Origin: Felis catus
Taxonomy: Eukaryota
Direction of reading: 5' to 3'
Assembly: GCF_018350175.1 (NCBI RefSeq)
Contig: NC_058368.1
Coordinates: 13,890,001-13,954,000 of the forward strand
Length of the DNA: 64,000 nucleotides
Every line of letters starts with the position of its first letter. Positions within the stretch are counted from its first letter, which is position 1. Below are positions 1 to 12,735 of this stretch, piece by piece. The notes beneath the pieces were generated by a model that saw only the letters and a program-made list of their open reading frames with translations, was not told the DNA's origin and did not search any database. Both the position numbers and the translations under genes were made by a program.

Positions 1-1771
1 TAATATACTCATAATGAAAATGTCATCTGAAAATTTAAGCTGGTTCTGAAAATAATTTGGAATCATAGGCAGTTAAAAAATAATTATCAAAACTTAATTC
101 TATTAATAAATCAGTAAAATCCATGTGGAGCATTAAATGACTAGTTAGAAGGTGGACGCTTGTAATATTATCTCTAAAATGAGTTTTTAAAATTTCCAAT
201 CTTAATTTAAAACATTAAATAAAAAAATTAGGTGGAAATAGTGAAACCTCTATCACAGTGCCCTTTATGACAGAAAAGAAGGGAGGGGAACTAATGAAAC
301 TTCAAAACAAAACAGTTTCTACCTTAAACAGTCTCAGTCACCTTTGCCAAAATATTTTTCTTTCTATTTTTCCTGTACATACATTTCTTATCTGTAGATA
401 GTATGAGAATACTAATACTTGGTTTTCAGGTACTATTTCTCTCTTGCCTTCCCCAAAGAATTAAAAGTTTTGCTGAGTAAAGTTTAAGCATGCAGTGATA
501 TATGGGACTTCTACACAGCCATGGTTGTACTTTTTCTGCTTTTGTTTGCCAAAGGTAGAGCTGCTTCCATTACTAAAGTGGATTGTGAGTTTGTTGAAGA
601 ATCACCAATGTAATGAGAAATAAAATGAGTAATTTCTATTGTAGAGGAATGTATTTTGTATAATGATACTGTTAACTCAAAACATTAATATATAGCACTC
701 CATATTTGTATTTATAGCATTAGGAAGATGACTAAATTAATTCATAAATAATGTTACAATGAGAATATATTGCCAAGGATTTTGTAATGTAGCTGTATCT
801 GTGAAAGAAGATGATCATCAACAAACTTTGGATTTAGGAAGAATTATTTAATGTGGCAGTATAAGAGAGTCTAACTATAGATAAGGAAGGAATTTGGTTG
901 TTGCAGTTACAAAACAGGCATACTGCTTAGTCCAATGCTTCCTTTGTAAACATCCTTAACATGTGTTTATATAAGGTTTTTCTTTCCTTGAAGTAAATGC
1001 TATGTAAATATTATGTGTTCTTTGTTTATAATAATGAAGTTTCTTTTAATCAAAGATTTTAATGTAAACATAGTTTTAGAAAAGATAAAATAGAGGGCTG
1101 ACATTTACTTAATGGAAGAATTCACAACAGGGTTTTTTGAATAGCTGTCTTAGGTAGTATAATTCTATAGCATTTAATTTGTAAAATTTTTTTTCACAAA
1201 TTACAGTGCAGTATCAGTGTATCTTTACTTGTAGAAAATAATTCCTCAAATAATTTTATTTTTTTACATGTAAATAGCATAGTGTATTGAAAGCAGCACT
1301 GGATACTTGGAGGGGATTTTGCATATGGATCATAGTATTTTAGTTAAAAGGGAATTTTTACGTTATTCTCTTGTACTTGCATGTGACAGTAACTTTCTTA
1401 GAGGTTTTTCATTTGTAGCTTGATAATCAGAATCATTTTCACTTTAAAGATACTTAGAATTTCACAAACGAAAGGTATGTTCTGCATTTGAACCAAATTT
1501 ATTTAAAAAATATGTAGTTGCGTCTTAGAATCATGGAAGTCCTTAATATCAACAAAACCACATTTACTTGTATTAAAAGGGAATTTTTTGCATTTTAATT
1601 TATGTTGCCATGTAAGCTTTTTCATATTAACTTGAATTATATTTTATTTTTGCTATTGGGTATTGGAAGTTAAATTAAGAATGCATTGGTAACATTGGAA
1701 TTTGCCATTTCTAGAGTTCTGAGATTTTCCACAGAAAGATTAATTTAGCAATGTAATGACACTAAAGCAGT

Positions 1772-1870
1772 CTTGATGAGCACTGAGCAATGTATAGAAT
1801 TGTTGAATCATTATATTGAACACTTAAAACTAATGTAACACTGTATGTTAATTATTCTTGAATAAAAAAC
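1772..1870 (+). mobile_element. Carnivore L1 3' terminus (5'-truncated)
   Basis: gatgagcactgagcaatgtatagaattgttgaatcattatattgaacacttaaaactaatgtaacactgtatgttaatt is a carnivore L1 3'UTR end. Confidence 0.75.
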
Positions 1871-1980
1871 AAGACCTTAAACAGCAAATACTTTATAGCC
1901 AGGTTATGATCAAGGTATATTAATTTTAAATAAGTATTTTGTATATTGCTAGTCAGTTTTTGGCAAATACTGTGCTGTTA

Positions 1981-1990
1981 AATAAATAAA
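1981..1990 (+). terminator. Candidate polyadenylation signal (overlapping AATAAA x2)
   Basis: aataaataaa closes an AT-rich, nearly TE-free block and is followed by a T-rich stretch (gttttctttct). Confidence 0.35.
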
Positions 1991-2216
1991 TGTATCTCAA
2001 AGTTTTCTTTCTACTATGGTTTCTCCAAACACAGTGTAGAGAGATGCTTTGGTCCTAGCAGACTCAACCCCCATTTTGGATCACAGATGTGCTGTATCAT
2101 AAATTTCAGTCATTCACATTTTTGAATATTTACTTTAAATACTGGTTTGCATCAGTTTCATAGGTTTCTTATTTTTTGACTCTACTGTGCATATTTTATG
2201 CATTGTCAGCATATAA

Positions 2217-2487
2217 GTATCCCCTGCTTTCCAAAAGTTGGTGTTTTGCCCCTTCACTTTTATGAAAGACCTGTATTAGTACTGTTTTTGTTAACCAAAA
2301 GAAATCTGAAGAGGATTTTTGCTTTTACAAAAAAAAGCTGTTGCTGTATTAGTAATAGGTCTTTTGTGAAAGTGAAGTAGCCTATTGCCAACTTTTGGAG
2401 AGTGGGGGATACTCTTTATCTAATGCCATTTCGACTTATGAAAAGTTTCATGGGAACACTCTACTTTTGGATAGTGGCAAACCTGTG
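2217..2487 (-). mobile_element. MER47B-like Tigger MITE with an internal inverted duplication
   Basis: Tigger-type termini gtatcccctgctttccaaaagtt and actctacttttggatagtggcaaacctg; 2217-2283 and 2346-2412 are inverted copies. Confidence 0.65.
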
Positions 2488-2571
2488 TCTCCTTTTACAG
2501 AGATATACCTATCATGTCTAGTGTTGTTATTTATATGTGTTTCCCCTCTTCTGCTGTGAACCCCAAGAGGG

Positions 2572-3054
2572 CAGGTCCCCGACTCAAATGATGGTTACGA
2601 TTTTTGACTTTACAATGGTGTAAATGTGATACTCACTAGAAACCATACTTAGACTTTTGATCTTTTCCTGGGATGGTGATATGCAATATGATCCTCTCTC
2701 ATGATGTTGGGCAGCAAGTCACATCCCCCAGTTAGCCACTGGGTCATGAGGGTGAACAACTGATACGCTGACCACCATTATGTACCCATACAACTATTTT
2801 GTTTTTCTGTACTTTGAGTACAGTGTTCAGTAAATTTCAGGAGATTTTCAACACTTTATTATAGAAATAGGCTTTGTGTTAAATGATCTACCCACCTATA
2901 GGCTAATAGAAGTGTTCCGAGCATGTTTAAGGTAGATTAGGCCAAGCAATGATGTTTGGATGTTAGGTGTAGTAAATGCGTTATTGACTTTTGAAATTTT
3001 CAAACTTCACGTTGGGTTTATCTGGATGTAACATCCTTGTAAGTTGGAGATATG
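2572..3054 (-). mobile_element. Tigger5/MER47A-type DNA transposon
   Basis: caggtccccgact...acgatttttgactttacaatggtg; ttcaacactttattatagaaataggctttgtgtta; gagcatgtttaaggtag match MER47A. Confidence 0.85.
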
Positions 3055-3451
3055 AGTTTATTTTTTATATTTTTGGCTCTTGGGTAAGTTAAGTGCATTT
3101 TGAGTAGGCAAGACACCATTATAGGCAGTAGAAGACCAGTTTCTGAAATTATGATCAACAGTAGTGTGCAGTCCCAACATCCTGAAATCAATTAGACTCA
3201 TTGTCACGTAGTGTATTGCCTAGTTCTATCACTAGAAATGCATGTTGAATATCTATGCGTTATGTAGGCCTTACTACATATGTAAATGGAATTTTAAACT
3301 GGCATATTGGAAGAAGAATCTGATACAAACTTTTTAATGATTTATGTGTATGTCAAATATATAAGCACACAACAAAGATGTTATTAGCAAAGAATAATGC
3401 ATTGGATATAAATTAAAAAGCATTGTTATAATTTGTCATAGTTCCAGGAAT

Positions 3452-3932
3452 AGTGGACATCTCTTGTTTTTGATGTCTACCATACATTGCCCTTTTTTGG
3501 TAAGGGGGATGCAGTTGCCCTTGAGGACACCTATCCCCCATTCTTAGTTCAGCTGGTTTCCCTGGGCTGGGGATATAACCCAGGCATGGCCAGAATCACT
3601 GTGACTGGTTCAGGCATAAACACTTAACTCTAGGGGAGCCACAGGGTCAGTCACAAGACTTGGCACTGAAATTTTCTGTTGGTGATGCCGAACTGGAAGA
3701 TGTAGCCTATACCTGTGGGTGACTGTATTAGAATTTGACTAAATAGGAAGAGAGAGTGAGAAGTATATTCTTGGTTATGCTTGAGCCCCTGCAGTTCCCT
3801 GTGCCTGTGGGGATTATCTTCTAACCATTACATTCTTTCCTTTAAAGTTTCTCATTCTTATTCTTATTAGCTTAAAGTCATTTTAAATTGGGGTTTTGTC
3901 ACTTGTAAATGGAAAGAATCCTCCCTAGCATA
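3452..3932 (+). mobile_element. Old MLT1 (K/L-like) MaLR LTR
   Basis: gtgactggttcagg and the terminus gcttaaagtcattttaaattggggttttgtcacttgtaaatggaaagaatcct. Confidence 0.65.
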
Positions 3933-4298
3933 GACTTTAGTAAACGGAAACGGGACATTTCATTTTGAAATGAAGGCAGTGAAGACTTTGCTTTTCCATA
4001 GCAATTCCTTTTAAGGAATTACAGAACAGCTGTTTTAAATTGTCACTGGTGTTAGCTTTGCCCATGGAAGACTGAGGCTGTAACTTTAGTGATACTGGAG
4101 TGTTTTGGTCACTTCTTGTGGCCTTTGATAATGTTTTATAAGACAGCAACTAGCTTTGGTGCACGCTGGCATGCTTGAGAGCAGAAAGGGAAGAAGATAC
4201 TGTCTTTGCAAGTAAGAGAGGCCCTTTCTGCTTGCAGCTATGCATAGCAGAGCATCAGAATATCAAGAACCTTGAAGTTTAAAAAACCTACTTTTTTG

Positions 4299-4514
4299 GG
4301 GGCACCTGGGTGGCTCAGTCGGTTAAGCGTCCGACTTCGGCTCAGGTCACGATCTCACAGTATGTGAGTTCGAGCCCCACGTCGGGCTCTGTGCTGACTG
4401 CTCAGAGCCTGGAGCCTGTTTCCGACTCTGTGTCTCCCTCTCTCTCTGACCCTCCCCCATTCATGCTCTGTCTCTCTCTGTCTCAAAAATAAATAAGCAA
4501 AAAAAATTTTTTTT
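4299..4514 (+). mobile_element. Can-SINE (SINEC_Fc-type)
   Basis: GGGGCACCTGGGTGGCTCAGTCGGTTAAGCG head, (CT) body, A-rich tail, TSD aaaaacctactttttt. Confidence 0.95.
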
Positions 4515-5779
4515 AAAAACCTACTTTTTTTAAATTAAAAAAAATTTTTTTAACCTCATGCTAAAGTTGGCAGGAGTTTAAATTAGAACCACTTAAAGTT
4601 CTATTTTATAAGCTTCTCTCAAGCACCTCAGTGCATTATACTCTCAGCTTCCTGACCAAAGGAACAATCCAGTTACTAAAGAGCTTTAAAAGAGGATGCA
4701 GCCAGGGAACAGGTGAGAGAACAGCCATGCCTCCTCACTCAGGTTATCATTTCACATTGCTTCAAGGAAAATCATTAAGCTGGAGGTGAAGGGCATGAGC
4801 ACTGTGGAGGTCTGTTGCTGTGAGACTGAATATTGTTAGGAAACTGAAAAGATGGAAATCTAGATTGGTAAGCTGTTTGTATCTTGACAAGATCTCTGGC
4901 TTTGATGCTAATTCATTCAGGTGACTGAAGTTAATAGACCAAGAGCTTACTAAGTTTTTAGGAAAACTACTTTCTAGGGTTACTTCAAGCCTGGTAAACA
5001 AAGACTTGTGTTCTTTTCCTTCTACGGCAGTTCTGGGTTTTAATAAGTGAAAGTGGTTTAATAAGTGCTGAAGCAGTAGAGCTGCCAGATGGAAAATCTA
5101 AGGCCATGAGGGTAAATGGACAAGCAGGGTCTTCTGAGAATACTAGGGTTGAGTACATCCAAATTGGCTGAACAAGGAACTCCATTGCCAGGGTAAGGAA
5201 TTCTTGCTACTCTAACCAGTAGTGTCTGGTTTATGCTTTGAATCAGTGACCATGGTTTATCTTCACTCTCCTAAGAGGCAGTTATTATTTATGTTCTTTT
5301 ACCATAGTATGTTAAGTATCAGGGAGATAGTTAAATTTATGTGGCTATATGTTTTCAGAAAATAAGGTACCACCAAAAAGAATGCACGTTTGGATCTGAC
5401 CAAAGAATAATCTTTGTTCATAGTGCAAAGATTTTAGACTTGTAGCTTGATGCAGCAACTTGACATTGTCTTTGTCTCTTCCCCAACCCCTCTCACCTTG
5501 TAACCCTTTGAAGTGATAAGTATGTTTTCTACTGTGGCTAAGGTAGTAACATTGTTAAACACGGGTTTTAAAAATTATACATATATGGAAAGAAGGGAGC
5601 TTGTAAGGTGTATGGGCAGCCATGGGCTAGAATGTTACAGTTTTCTGTTGGTTTTGGCTGTGTAACATCCATTCTTTCCATTGCTAACCGTTCTAGTTTT
5701 TTCACACTCCTTTGGGGAGTCATCCCTTCTTGATTCTTGCCTTCTATGGTTTGAGGTTTCCCTGGATTCCTTTCTCTTT

Positions 5780-6180
5780 TCCTGGATCAGAAACAGAACC
5801 TGGACCTGGATCATCAGTAACAGCTTTTGGTTAAAAATATAGTTGCACATCTGAGCAGCTTGGTAACTTAATTCTGTCAGAGAAAAAAAACCAAAATAAC
5901 AACAACACAACAAAAAAGATACTGACAATTGCAGTTGATAAGATGTTAGAATGTAAGTCTATATTTGGGAATCTGCCTTGAAGGCAGAGTATGCTTGAGA
6001 ACGGACCTATCACAGAAACACCTAGAACCTGGAGATAGATTACCATGACATCTTTGGAACTTTTCAAGTCAGTTATATCACAGACTTTTCAATGCATTAA
6101 GCTAATACATTTCCTGTCTTACTCAAGCCAGTTTAAGTTAGGTTTCTATCCATTACACCACAATGATTCCTGAGCAGTAT
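5780..6180 (+). mobile_element. Old MLT1-type MaLR LTR fragment
   Basis: Terminus aagctaatacatttcctgtcttactcaagccagtttaagttaggtttct is typical of MLT1 3' ends. Confidence 0.55.
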
Positions 6181-6498
6181 TCTAAATTAAATTTAAAAAA
6201 AAACCTTAGGTATTAAGTATCATAGGACAAAACAAAAAATATTAACTTGGCAATGGACTTGTTGTAATTCAAGAAAGAAACATACATTGCTAATTAATAT
6301 AGAAATTTATTTTTTACTAAATAACAACATAATAGTGATATACAATGAAAAACAGGTGACTAAAAAGAAAATTACCCTTGTGTCCTAGGCATGCTAAAAT
6401 AATCTTAAATGATGTTGTAGGGCATGTAAAATGTTAGAGTTGTTCTGAATGACATTTTAACCATATGTATCAAGAGATCTAAAGAGGTTCTTGTCATT

Positions 6499-6690
6499 GG
6501 GGCTCAATTGGTTGAGCGTCCAACTTTGGCTCAGGTCATGATCTCACGGTTTGTGGGTTCAAGCCCCATGTCGGGCTCTGTGCTGACAGCTTGGAGCCTG
6601 GAGCCTGCTTCGGATTCTGTGTTTCCCTCTCTGCCCTTTCCCTGCTTGCTCTCTCTCTCTCAAAAATGAATAAACATTAAAAAAAAATTA
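6499..6690 (+). mobile_element. Can-SINE
   Basis: Degenerate head, gctcaggtcatgatctc, tail, TSD-like aaa(g/a)aggttctt. Confidence 0.9.
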
Positions 6691-6879
6691 AAAAAGGTTC
6701 TTTCAGTCATCCTTAGTTCTTTAGGCTAAGGAAGAATTACCTGTGGACAAGTATGAGAGATACATGTAGTTTTATGACATTAAAAAAAATGGCAACCACC
6801 TAAATGTTCAAGAATAAGAAAAGGTTACATACATCACTTTACCTCCATATTGTGGAATACCATACAGCTATTAAAAATT

Positions 6880-7000
6880 TACGTGCCTCAGTTTCCTTAT
6901 GTGTAAAAAAGGGTATTTACCTCAAGGTTGTTGGACAGATTAAATGAAATAAATGTATGTAAAGTGTTTGGTACACAGTTTATTTAGTGCTTACTACTGT
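6880..7000 (+). mobile_element. MIR fragment
   Basis: gtgcctcagtttcctt...tacctcaaggttgttggacagattaaatgaaataa. Confidence 0.75.
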
Positions 7001-8522
7001 TATTTTAATTCTTATCTTGAGTCTGTGGATTATCTGATCATAGAAAAAAGATAATGATTTAAATAAAGCTGAGCTCTATTCTTTTAGTTTTGAGTTTCTG
7101 AACCTGGTGAACCTCTCAGAGAAGGGATCTGAAGTACTCACAGATCATATTCTCCTAGTGAAACATGGGGAGTCTGTTCTGCATCCTGGCGTAGTCTTTA
7201 ACAGTTCATGGGGTACTTTTTCTCAGTTACCTATTTTGAGTATGGAAGATGGAAAACTGGGGAAGGAATAGACCTGAAGTAACACGAGTTCCTTTGCCTG
7301 GAATCACTTTGATTTCTTCCTTCCCTCACGTGGCTAAATTTCACTTGGAGATGTAGTAGGACATAATAGTGATCCTAGGTAAATAATTCCTCCCTCTGGG
7401 AGTATTAGCTTAAATATTTAGAAGACTACTTGAGTAACAAGCCTAAGGGGCAAGTTAGGGGATTAAAAACTATTTTGTGATGAGTTGTTTTGGAAAATAA
7501 TACTAGCCTATATGTTAATATCTCTTTACCGTTTAAAATACACTCGTGAAATTGTACTGTGTTAGCTGGTCCTCAGAATAAGTTCTTATTCAGATACGAT
7601 TCCTTCTCTATAGATGTGGAAACTAAGGCTGCAGGAAGTGTGAAGTAGTTAGAAAAATCTAGGAATTAAGTAGCAGAGGAAGGGGAGGTCCAGCCAGCCT
7701 CAGAGAGTTGGTTCTGTAGTAGGGAAGGCTTCTCGTTGAGGACTCAGGACTAGCTGTTTATAGGAAATCACAATGAATGCAGGACAGTTTGGTGGGTTTG
7801 TACACAAAAGTGATTCTAGCAAAAACTGTATTGTGAACTATTTATTTTCAGTTTGGGGGAATAATTGGTTATATAATTTTATAAATGGTAACTAGTTTTC
7901 ATCAGGCTGAATGTTGGTACTTTAAATATCACTTTGAACCGGAATAAGAGTATGCATGAGTATATTTATTTTGTGTAGAAAGAGTAGATTTGTTATATGT
8001 TAGTATTAATTAAATGAACCACCACATATATCATATTTGCTTGGATAAAACAAATGAGTTATAATAGGAATTATTCTACGTCTAGGTAATATAATTTTCA
8101 GTAATTGGGATTCCTCTCTCAGTTTACTAAAGTAGAGCAGACATTGATTAATAGCAAATTTTATGGAAGTGTAAATGTCTGGATATATTTGTCTTCAGCA
8201 AATACGTTCATTTTCTGAGAGAAACAACTTGCAGCTGATTTAAAGATGGCATATATGTATTTCTACCATAATCTTAAAAATTTTCACTTGTAGGGAGGTA
8301 ATTGGCATTTATAGATTGGGTTTGGTTTCATACCTTATGTTTTTAATATTCTCTCCTAACCCCTCTGAAGGAAATCTGGGTTTACTTTAATATAACAAGT
8401 AAACTGTGGCTGAAGTTAAGTGGCTTGTCCAAGTTTGCAAAGCAGTTTAGTTGCAGAAATGAGACTCAAAGCTAGATGTTCCATTTCCAAGTATGTTGTT
8501 CTTTAAAATATAAGAAACCTTT

Positions 8523-8666
8523 GGGGTGCCTGTGTGGCTCAGTGAGTTAAGTGTCTGACTTTGGCTCAGGTCATGATCTCATGGTCCATGAGTTCAAGTC
8601 CTGCATCAGGCTCTGTTCTGGCAGCTCAGAACAGAATCAGAATCAGAACCTGGAGCCTGCTTGGGA

Positions 8667-8708
<42 letters not shown>

Positions 8709-8768
8709 GCCCCTCTCCCATTCACGCTCTGTCTCTGTCTCTCCATAATGGATAAACGGTAAAAAAAT
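8523..8768 (+). mobile_element. Can-SINE with an internal CAGAA(T) tandem expansion
   Basis: Head ggggtgcctgtgtggctcag; cagaacagaatcagaatcagaac; TSD aaaatataagaaaccttt. Confidence 0.93.
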
Positions 8769-10075
8769 ATAAGAAACCTTTAATGATGATAACAGTGATA
8801 GCAGCTTGCACTTACTTATTGACTCCTTATGTGCCAAGCACTATGTAAAGCATATGACATGCATTATCTCATTTTATCATCTTGACAATAATAAAATCTT
8901 CAATGAAATTAAAAGGCATCTTTCCAAGTTAAGCTAGGTCTGGTATCTTAGAAGTATTTTCAGCTTCAATTATATAAGTAATATTCTATCATAAAATGCC
9001 ATAAGATTATTTTACATGATTTGTACTAATTCTGTGTAACTTTACCTTTTCAAAGTCCTTGAATTTAAATTATTTGAATTGTTTTAAAAATCTTATGGGA
9101 TAAGTCATCAACAGAAAAATGTTTCTTTTATTATACCATATTGACTGTTACTTGTTAAATAATTATTGCATTTCTCAAGACATCGTGTTCTTCCATCTTT
9201 TGTCTAAAGAACACCTACTTATGTTCCAAGATTTAGTTCTCATTGTCTCCTTAGACCATACTACCTTCCCTGATCTGCCCCTAAAAGCTCTGCCTCTCAT
9301 CCTCTTCTCTCCGGTAACATTTTGTATATCCCTCAAATTCAGCACTCGCACATTGTGTTTTAAATATTTGTTTACCTGTCAGACTGCCCTAGAGACTCTG
9401 AATCCCCTGAGGTCAGAACGTTGTGTTATTCACCTTGGTATCCTGAGTACTTACCATGGAATCTGGAGTTTTGTGCTGCTTGTTGAACTTTTTTTTTGAA
9501 TGAGGATTTTTGCACCTTTGAAATAGTTTGCTTGTTTTGGTCACTTTTGGCCTGGGTATAAATCCTCTCTTCGCTGGCTTTTATGGTTATTTTAATTTCT
9601 ATGTGTGCTGCTTTTTTAACATTCAGTTTTTATTTTTCTCAGGGGTGGGGGAGATAAAGGTATTTAGGTGTATATATGCATCGTTTATGATTAAAAGAAA
9701 GTTTAAATTTGGGATGGGTAAGGAATTATATAGTCTTTACATCTGGTGAATAGCCTGACTCTATCACTTGACTAGGCGAGGAAAGAGAACCAGGTAGGTT
9801 AAGATCCTGTGGTCGTTGACAGACTAGGAATTAACATCTAGATTCCCTCTTAGTCCAGTGTTTTTTTTTGTTTTTTTTTTTTTTTTTTTGTTTTTTTTTC
9901 ATTTTATCTTGGTGCCTGCAGTTCCACTTTGCTCAGCTAATTTGTAGTTTCAGTTTATAACTTTCAACAGAAGGATGTTTTTGTTTTTGTTTTTGTTTTT
10001 CACTCAGACAGGCTTGGATACTTAAAGTGATGGTTAAATAAATTACTGAGTAATCCTAACCTAGTGTTCTTCTTT

Positions 10076-10300
10076 TCTTTTTTTTTTTTTTAAGTTTTTT
10101 CTTTATATGAGAGAGAGAGACGGAGAGGGTGGGGGGAGGGAATGAATGAACAAGTGGGGAAGGGGCAGAGAGAGGGAAAGACAGAACCCCAAGCAGGCTT
10201 TGCTCTCAGTGCATGTGTGCCATGCTGGGCTCTGTGGGATCATGACCTGAGCTGAGATCGAGAGTTGGACACTTAACCCACTGAGCCACCCAGGCGCCCC
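10076..10300 (-). mobile_element. Can-SINE
   Basis: Ends ctgagccacccaggcgcccc; T-rich tail on the left. Confidence 0.93.
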
Positions 10301-10997
10301 TCCTAACTTAAGTGTTCTGTTGCCAGAGTAAAGATACTCATTGGGCATATAAAAAAGAATTACATAGTCCCTACCTTAAATAACTAGAGGTTCAGCATAG
10401 GAAATAGAAAGATAAGCAGATAAATTACAATAGTAAAAAGTGACATTACAAAGATTTAAACAAAATGCCATGGTGACCATGGATCTACTAACTTTTTTCC
10501 TGGGGGAGTCTAGGAAGGTCACATTGTTAGGTAATTTTGAACCTGATCTTAAAGGACAAGAGCTGTTTCTCAAGATGAAAGGATAGGGGTGGAAAAATTT
10601 CTACAAAGAGAGGATAGCTTGCACAAGGAGACAGGTCATGAGGGACCTCGTAGTTTTGTCCTCTGATGTTAACTATAAACTAGTTAATTCTTCTTAATGG
10701 AAACCCCCCTGTTTTTATTCCATGAGTGTTCACATTTTTCTCCCCTCTCAGGCTTGCTCAGGGGAGGTGTAAAATTTATTTGAGTCCAATTCAGTGAATT
10801 ATTTCAGGAGCTCTATGTATGTAGGCATCATATTTGCATGCTCCCAGACTTCTTTGACATAGGGGGTATATCTTTTTCCTATGTACTTATCCTTTCTTTT
10901 GACTGTTGACAGAAACAGTATTTGTTATACTATTGTGTTATAATTATGTATACATAGTAGGCGTTCAATAAATAATAACATATAAAAATACAGGAAT

Positions 10998-11104
10998 GGG
11001 GTGCTTGGCTGGCCTAGTCCGTAGAGCATGTGACTCTTGATCTCTTTTTCAAGAGTTCAAGCCTCACAAGGGAGGTAGAGATGACTTAAAAAGAACAAAA
11101 TCTT
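10998..11104 (+). mobile_element. Short old Can-SINE (SINEC_old-like)
   Basis: ggggtgcttggctggcctagtccgtagagcatgtgactcttgatctc...ggtagagatgacttaaaa. Confidence 0.85.
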
Positions 11105-11310
11105 GGGGCGCCTGGGTGGCTCAGTCAGTTAAGCGTCCAACTTCAGCTCAGGTCATGATCTCATGGTTCGTAGGTTCAAGCCCCCCTTCGGGCTGTGTGC
11201 TGACAGCTCAAGGCTGGAGCCTGTTTCAGATTCTGTGCCTCCCTCTCTCTCTCTGCCCCTCCCCCATTCACACTCTGTCTCTCTCAAAAATAAACATTAC
11301 AAAAAATAAA
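11105..11310 (+). mobile_element. Can-SINE
   Basis: ggggcgcctgggtggctcagtcagttaagcg head and aaaaataaacatt tail. Confidence 0.95.
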
Positions 11311-11321
11311 ACCTTTAAAAA

Positions 11322-11551
11322 ATTTTGTTTAATATTTATTTATTTTTGACAGAGAGAGAGAGAGAGCGCGCGCGCGCGAGCGAGCATGAGTGGGGGAGGG
11401 GCAGAGAGAGGGGGAGACACAGAATCTGAAGCAGGCTCTAGGCTCTGAGCTGTCAGCACAGAGCCCAATGTGGGACTTGAACTCATGAACTGCGAGACCA
11501 TGACCTGAACCGGAGTCAGACGCCCGACCGACTGAGCCACCCAGGAGCCCC
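11322..11551 (-). mobile_element. Can-SINE
   Basis: Ends actgagccacccaggagcccc; contains (GA)n(GC)n. Confidence 0.95.
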
Positions 11552-12499
11552 CCAGAAAATAAAATCTTAAAAAAAATTAAAGGAATGTTTCATACTGGCA
11601 GAGGGTAAAGGAGACTTATTTTGAGAGTATCATAATTCAGAGGAGAAACTAAAGATGAATAGAGAAAAATTAAACTAATTGCATTGACTTCTTTTTGAAA
11701 TGTGTAATTAACTATTGTCCTATTAAAGATACTGATATTTTGCTTGTACTAAAAATTAATTATTTGGATATGAATTTCATATATGTTCATCTGAATAGTG
11801 TTCGTTGTTCTTAATGCTTGGCTTGGCAGGTATTTCTATGAGTGGTAAGATAACTTGGGCTTCATAAGTAGCCGAGGAGAGCTACACACAAAAACATAGT
11901 TTACTAAATCTCCATTTAGTTGAGCTCTTGCTAGAAGAAACAGACTTTTCCCTTGGATACCTTGTAGCCATATGCATGAGGCTAGGATAATAGAGTAGAC
12001 ATAAGCTGCGGTGTTCCCGCGTTCCCGGGTATTCTATAAAACCTGTTGTTCATGTTATTTCCAAATTGCTGTGTTCCCAACTGTCCTCATCTCTGAAACT
12101 CCACAGATGATTTTCAGAGAGATACCATGGGGTTTAATGCATGAAGCTCCTACGTTTTAAAATGTTTGTTATTTACTTTATCCAACCAAGAAGAAATGTA
12201 AGTACTATATTTGGGAAATGAATATTTCTAAATGAATACTTTGATTACTAACATTTAAAAACTATTTTCACTATGCTATATTCATTTAGCTACTGCTTTA
12301 CCATGTCAGTTTCTTAAAATAATGTTATGCATCCAGCACACTTATTTTCAACAAATAGGCATGAGTATCTTAATAAAGAATACGTATTTTTAATGGTGGT
12401 AAATGTGGCTTTAGAAGTCAGTAAGAATTATTTCTTAATTTTTATTTTTTCAAATGTCATTATTACTAGGTTTATTTCAAAGCTAACTCTGTTCAAAGT

Positions 12500-12735
12500 C
12501 TTTATGTCTTTTTTATTGTGAGAAAATTCACCGGTATAACTGTTTTCATATTCCCAAATTGGAACTCTGTACCCATTAAATAGTAACTCCCCAGTCCTTT
12601 TCCCTCGGTTCCTGGTGACCACTATTGTACTTTCTGTCCCTGTGAGTTTGACTATTCCGGTTACTTCATGTAAGTGTCATCCTACAGTATTTTTCCTTTT
12701 GTCTGGCTTATTTCACTTAGCATATGTCTTCAAAG
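12500..12735 (-). mobile_element. L1M 3'UTR fragment
   Basis: ggaactctgtacccattaaatagtaactcccc; ctggtgaccactattgtactttctgtc; tctggcttatttcacttagcat. Confidence 0.8.

Noticed and set aside
4299..4390. tRNA-like A/B boxes as tRNA genes
   Set aside because: They are the tRNA-derived heads of SINEs, followed by a (CT) body, A tail and TSD.
9119..9499. 126-aa hydrophobic ORF
   Set aside because: Overlaps a T-rich, L2-like fragment; the composition is explained by base bias.
12008..12030. gtgttcccgcgttcccggg resembles the start of an enterobacterial CRISPR repeat
   Set aside because: Single short occurrence with no repeat-spacer array, in mammalian context.
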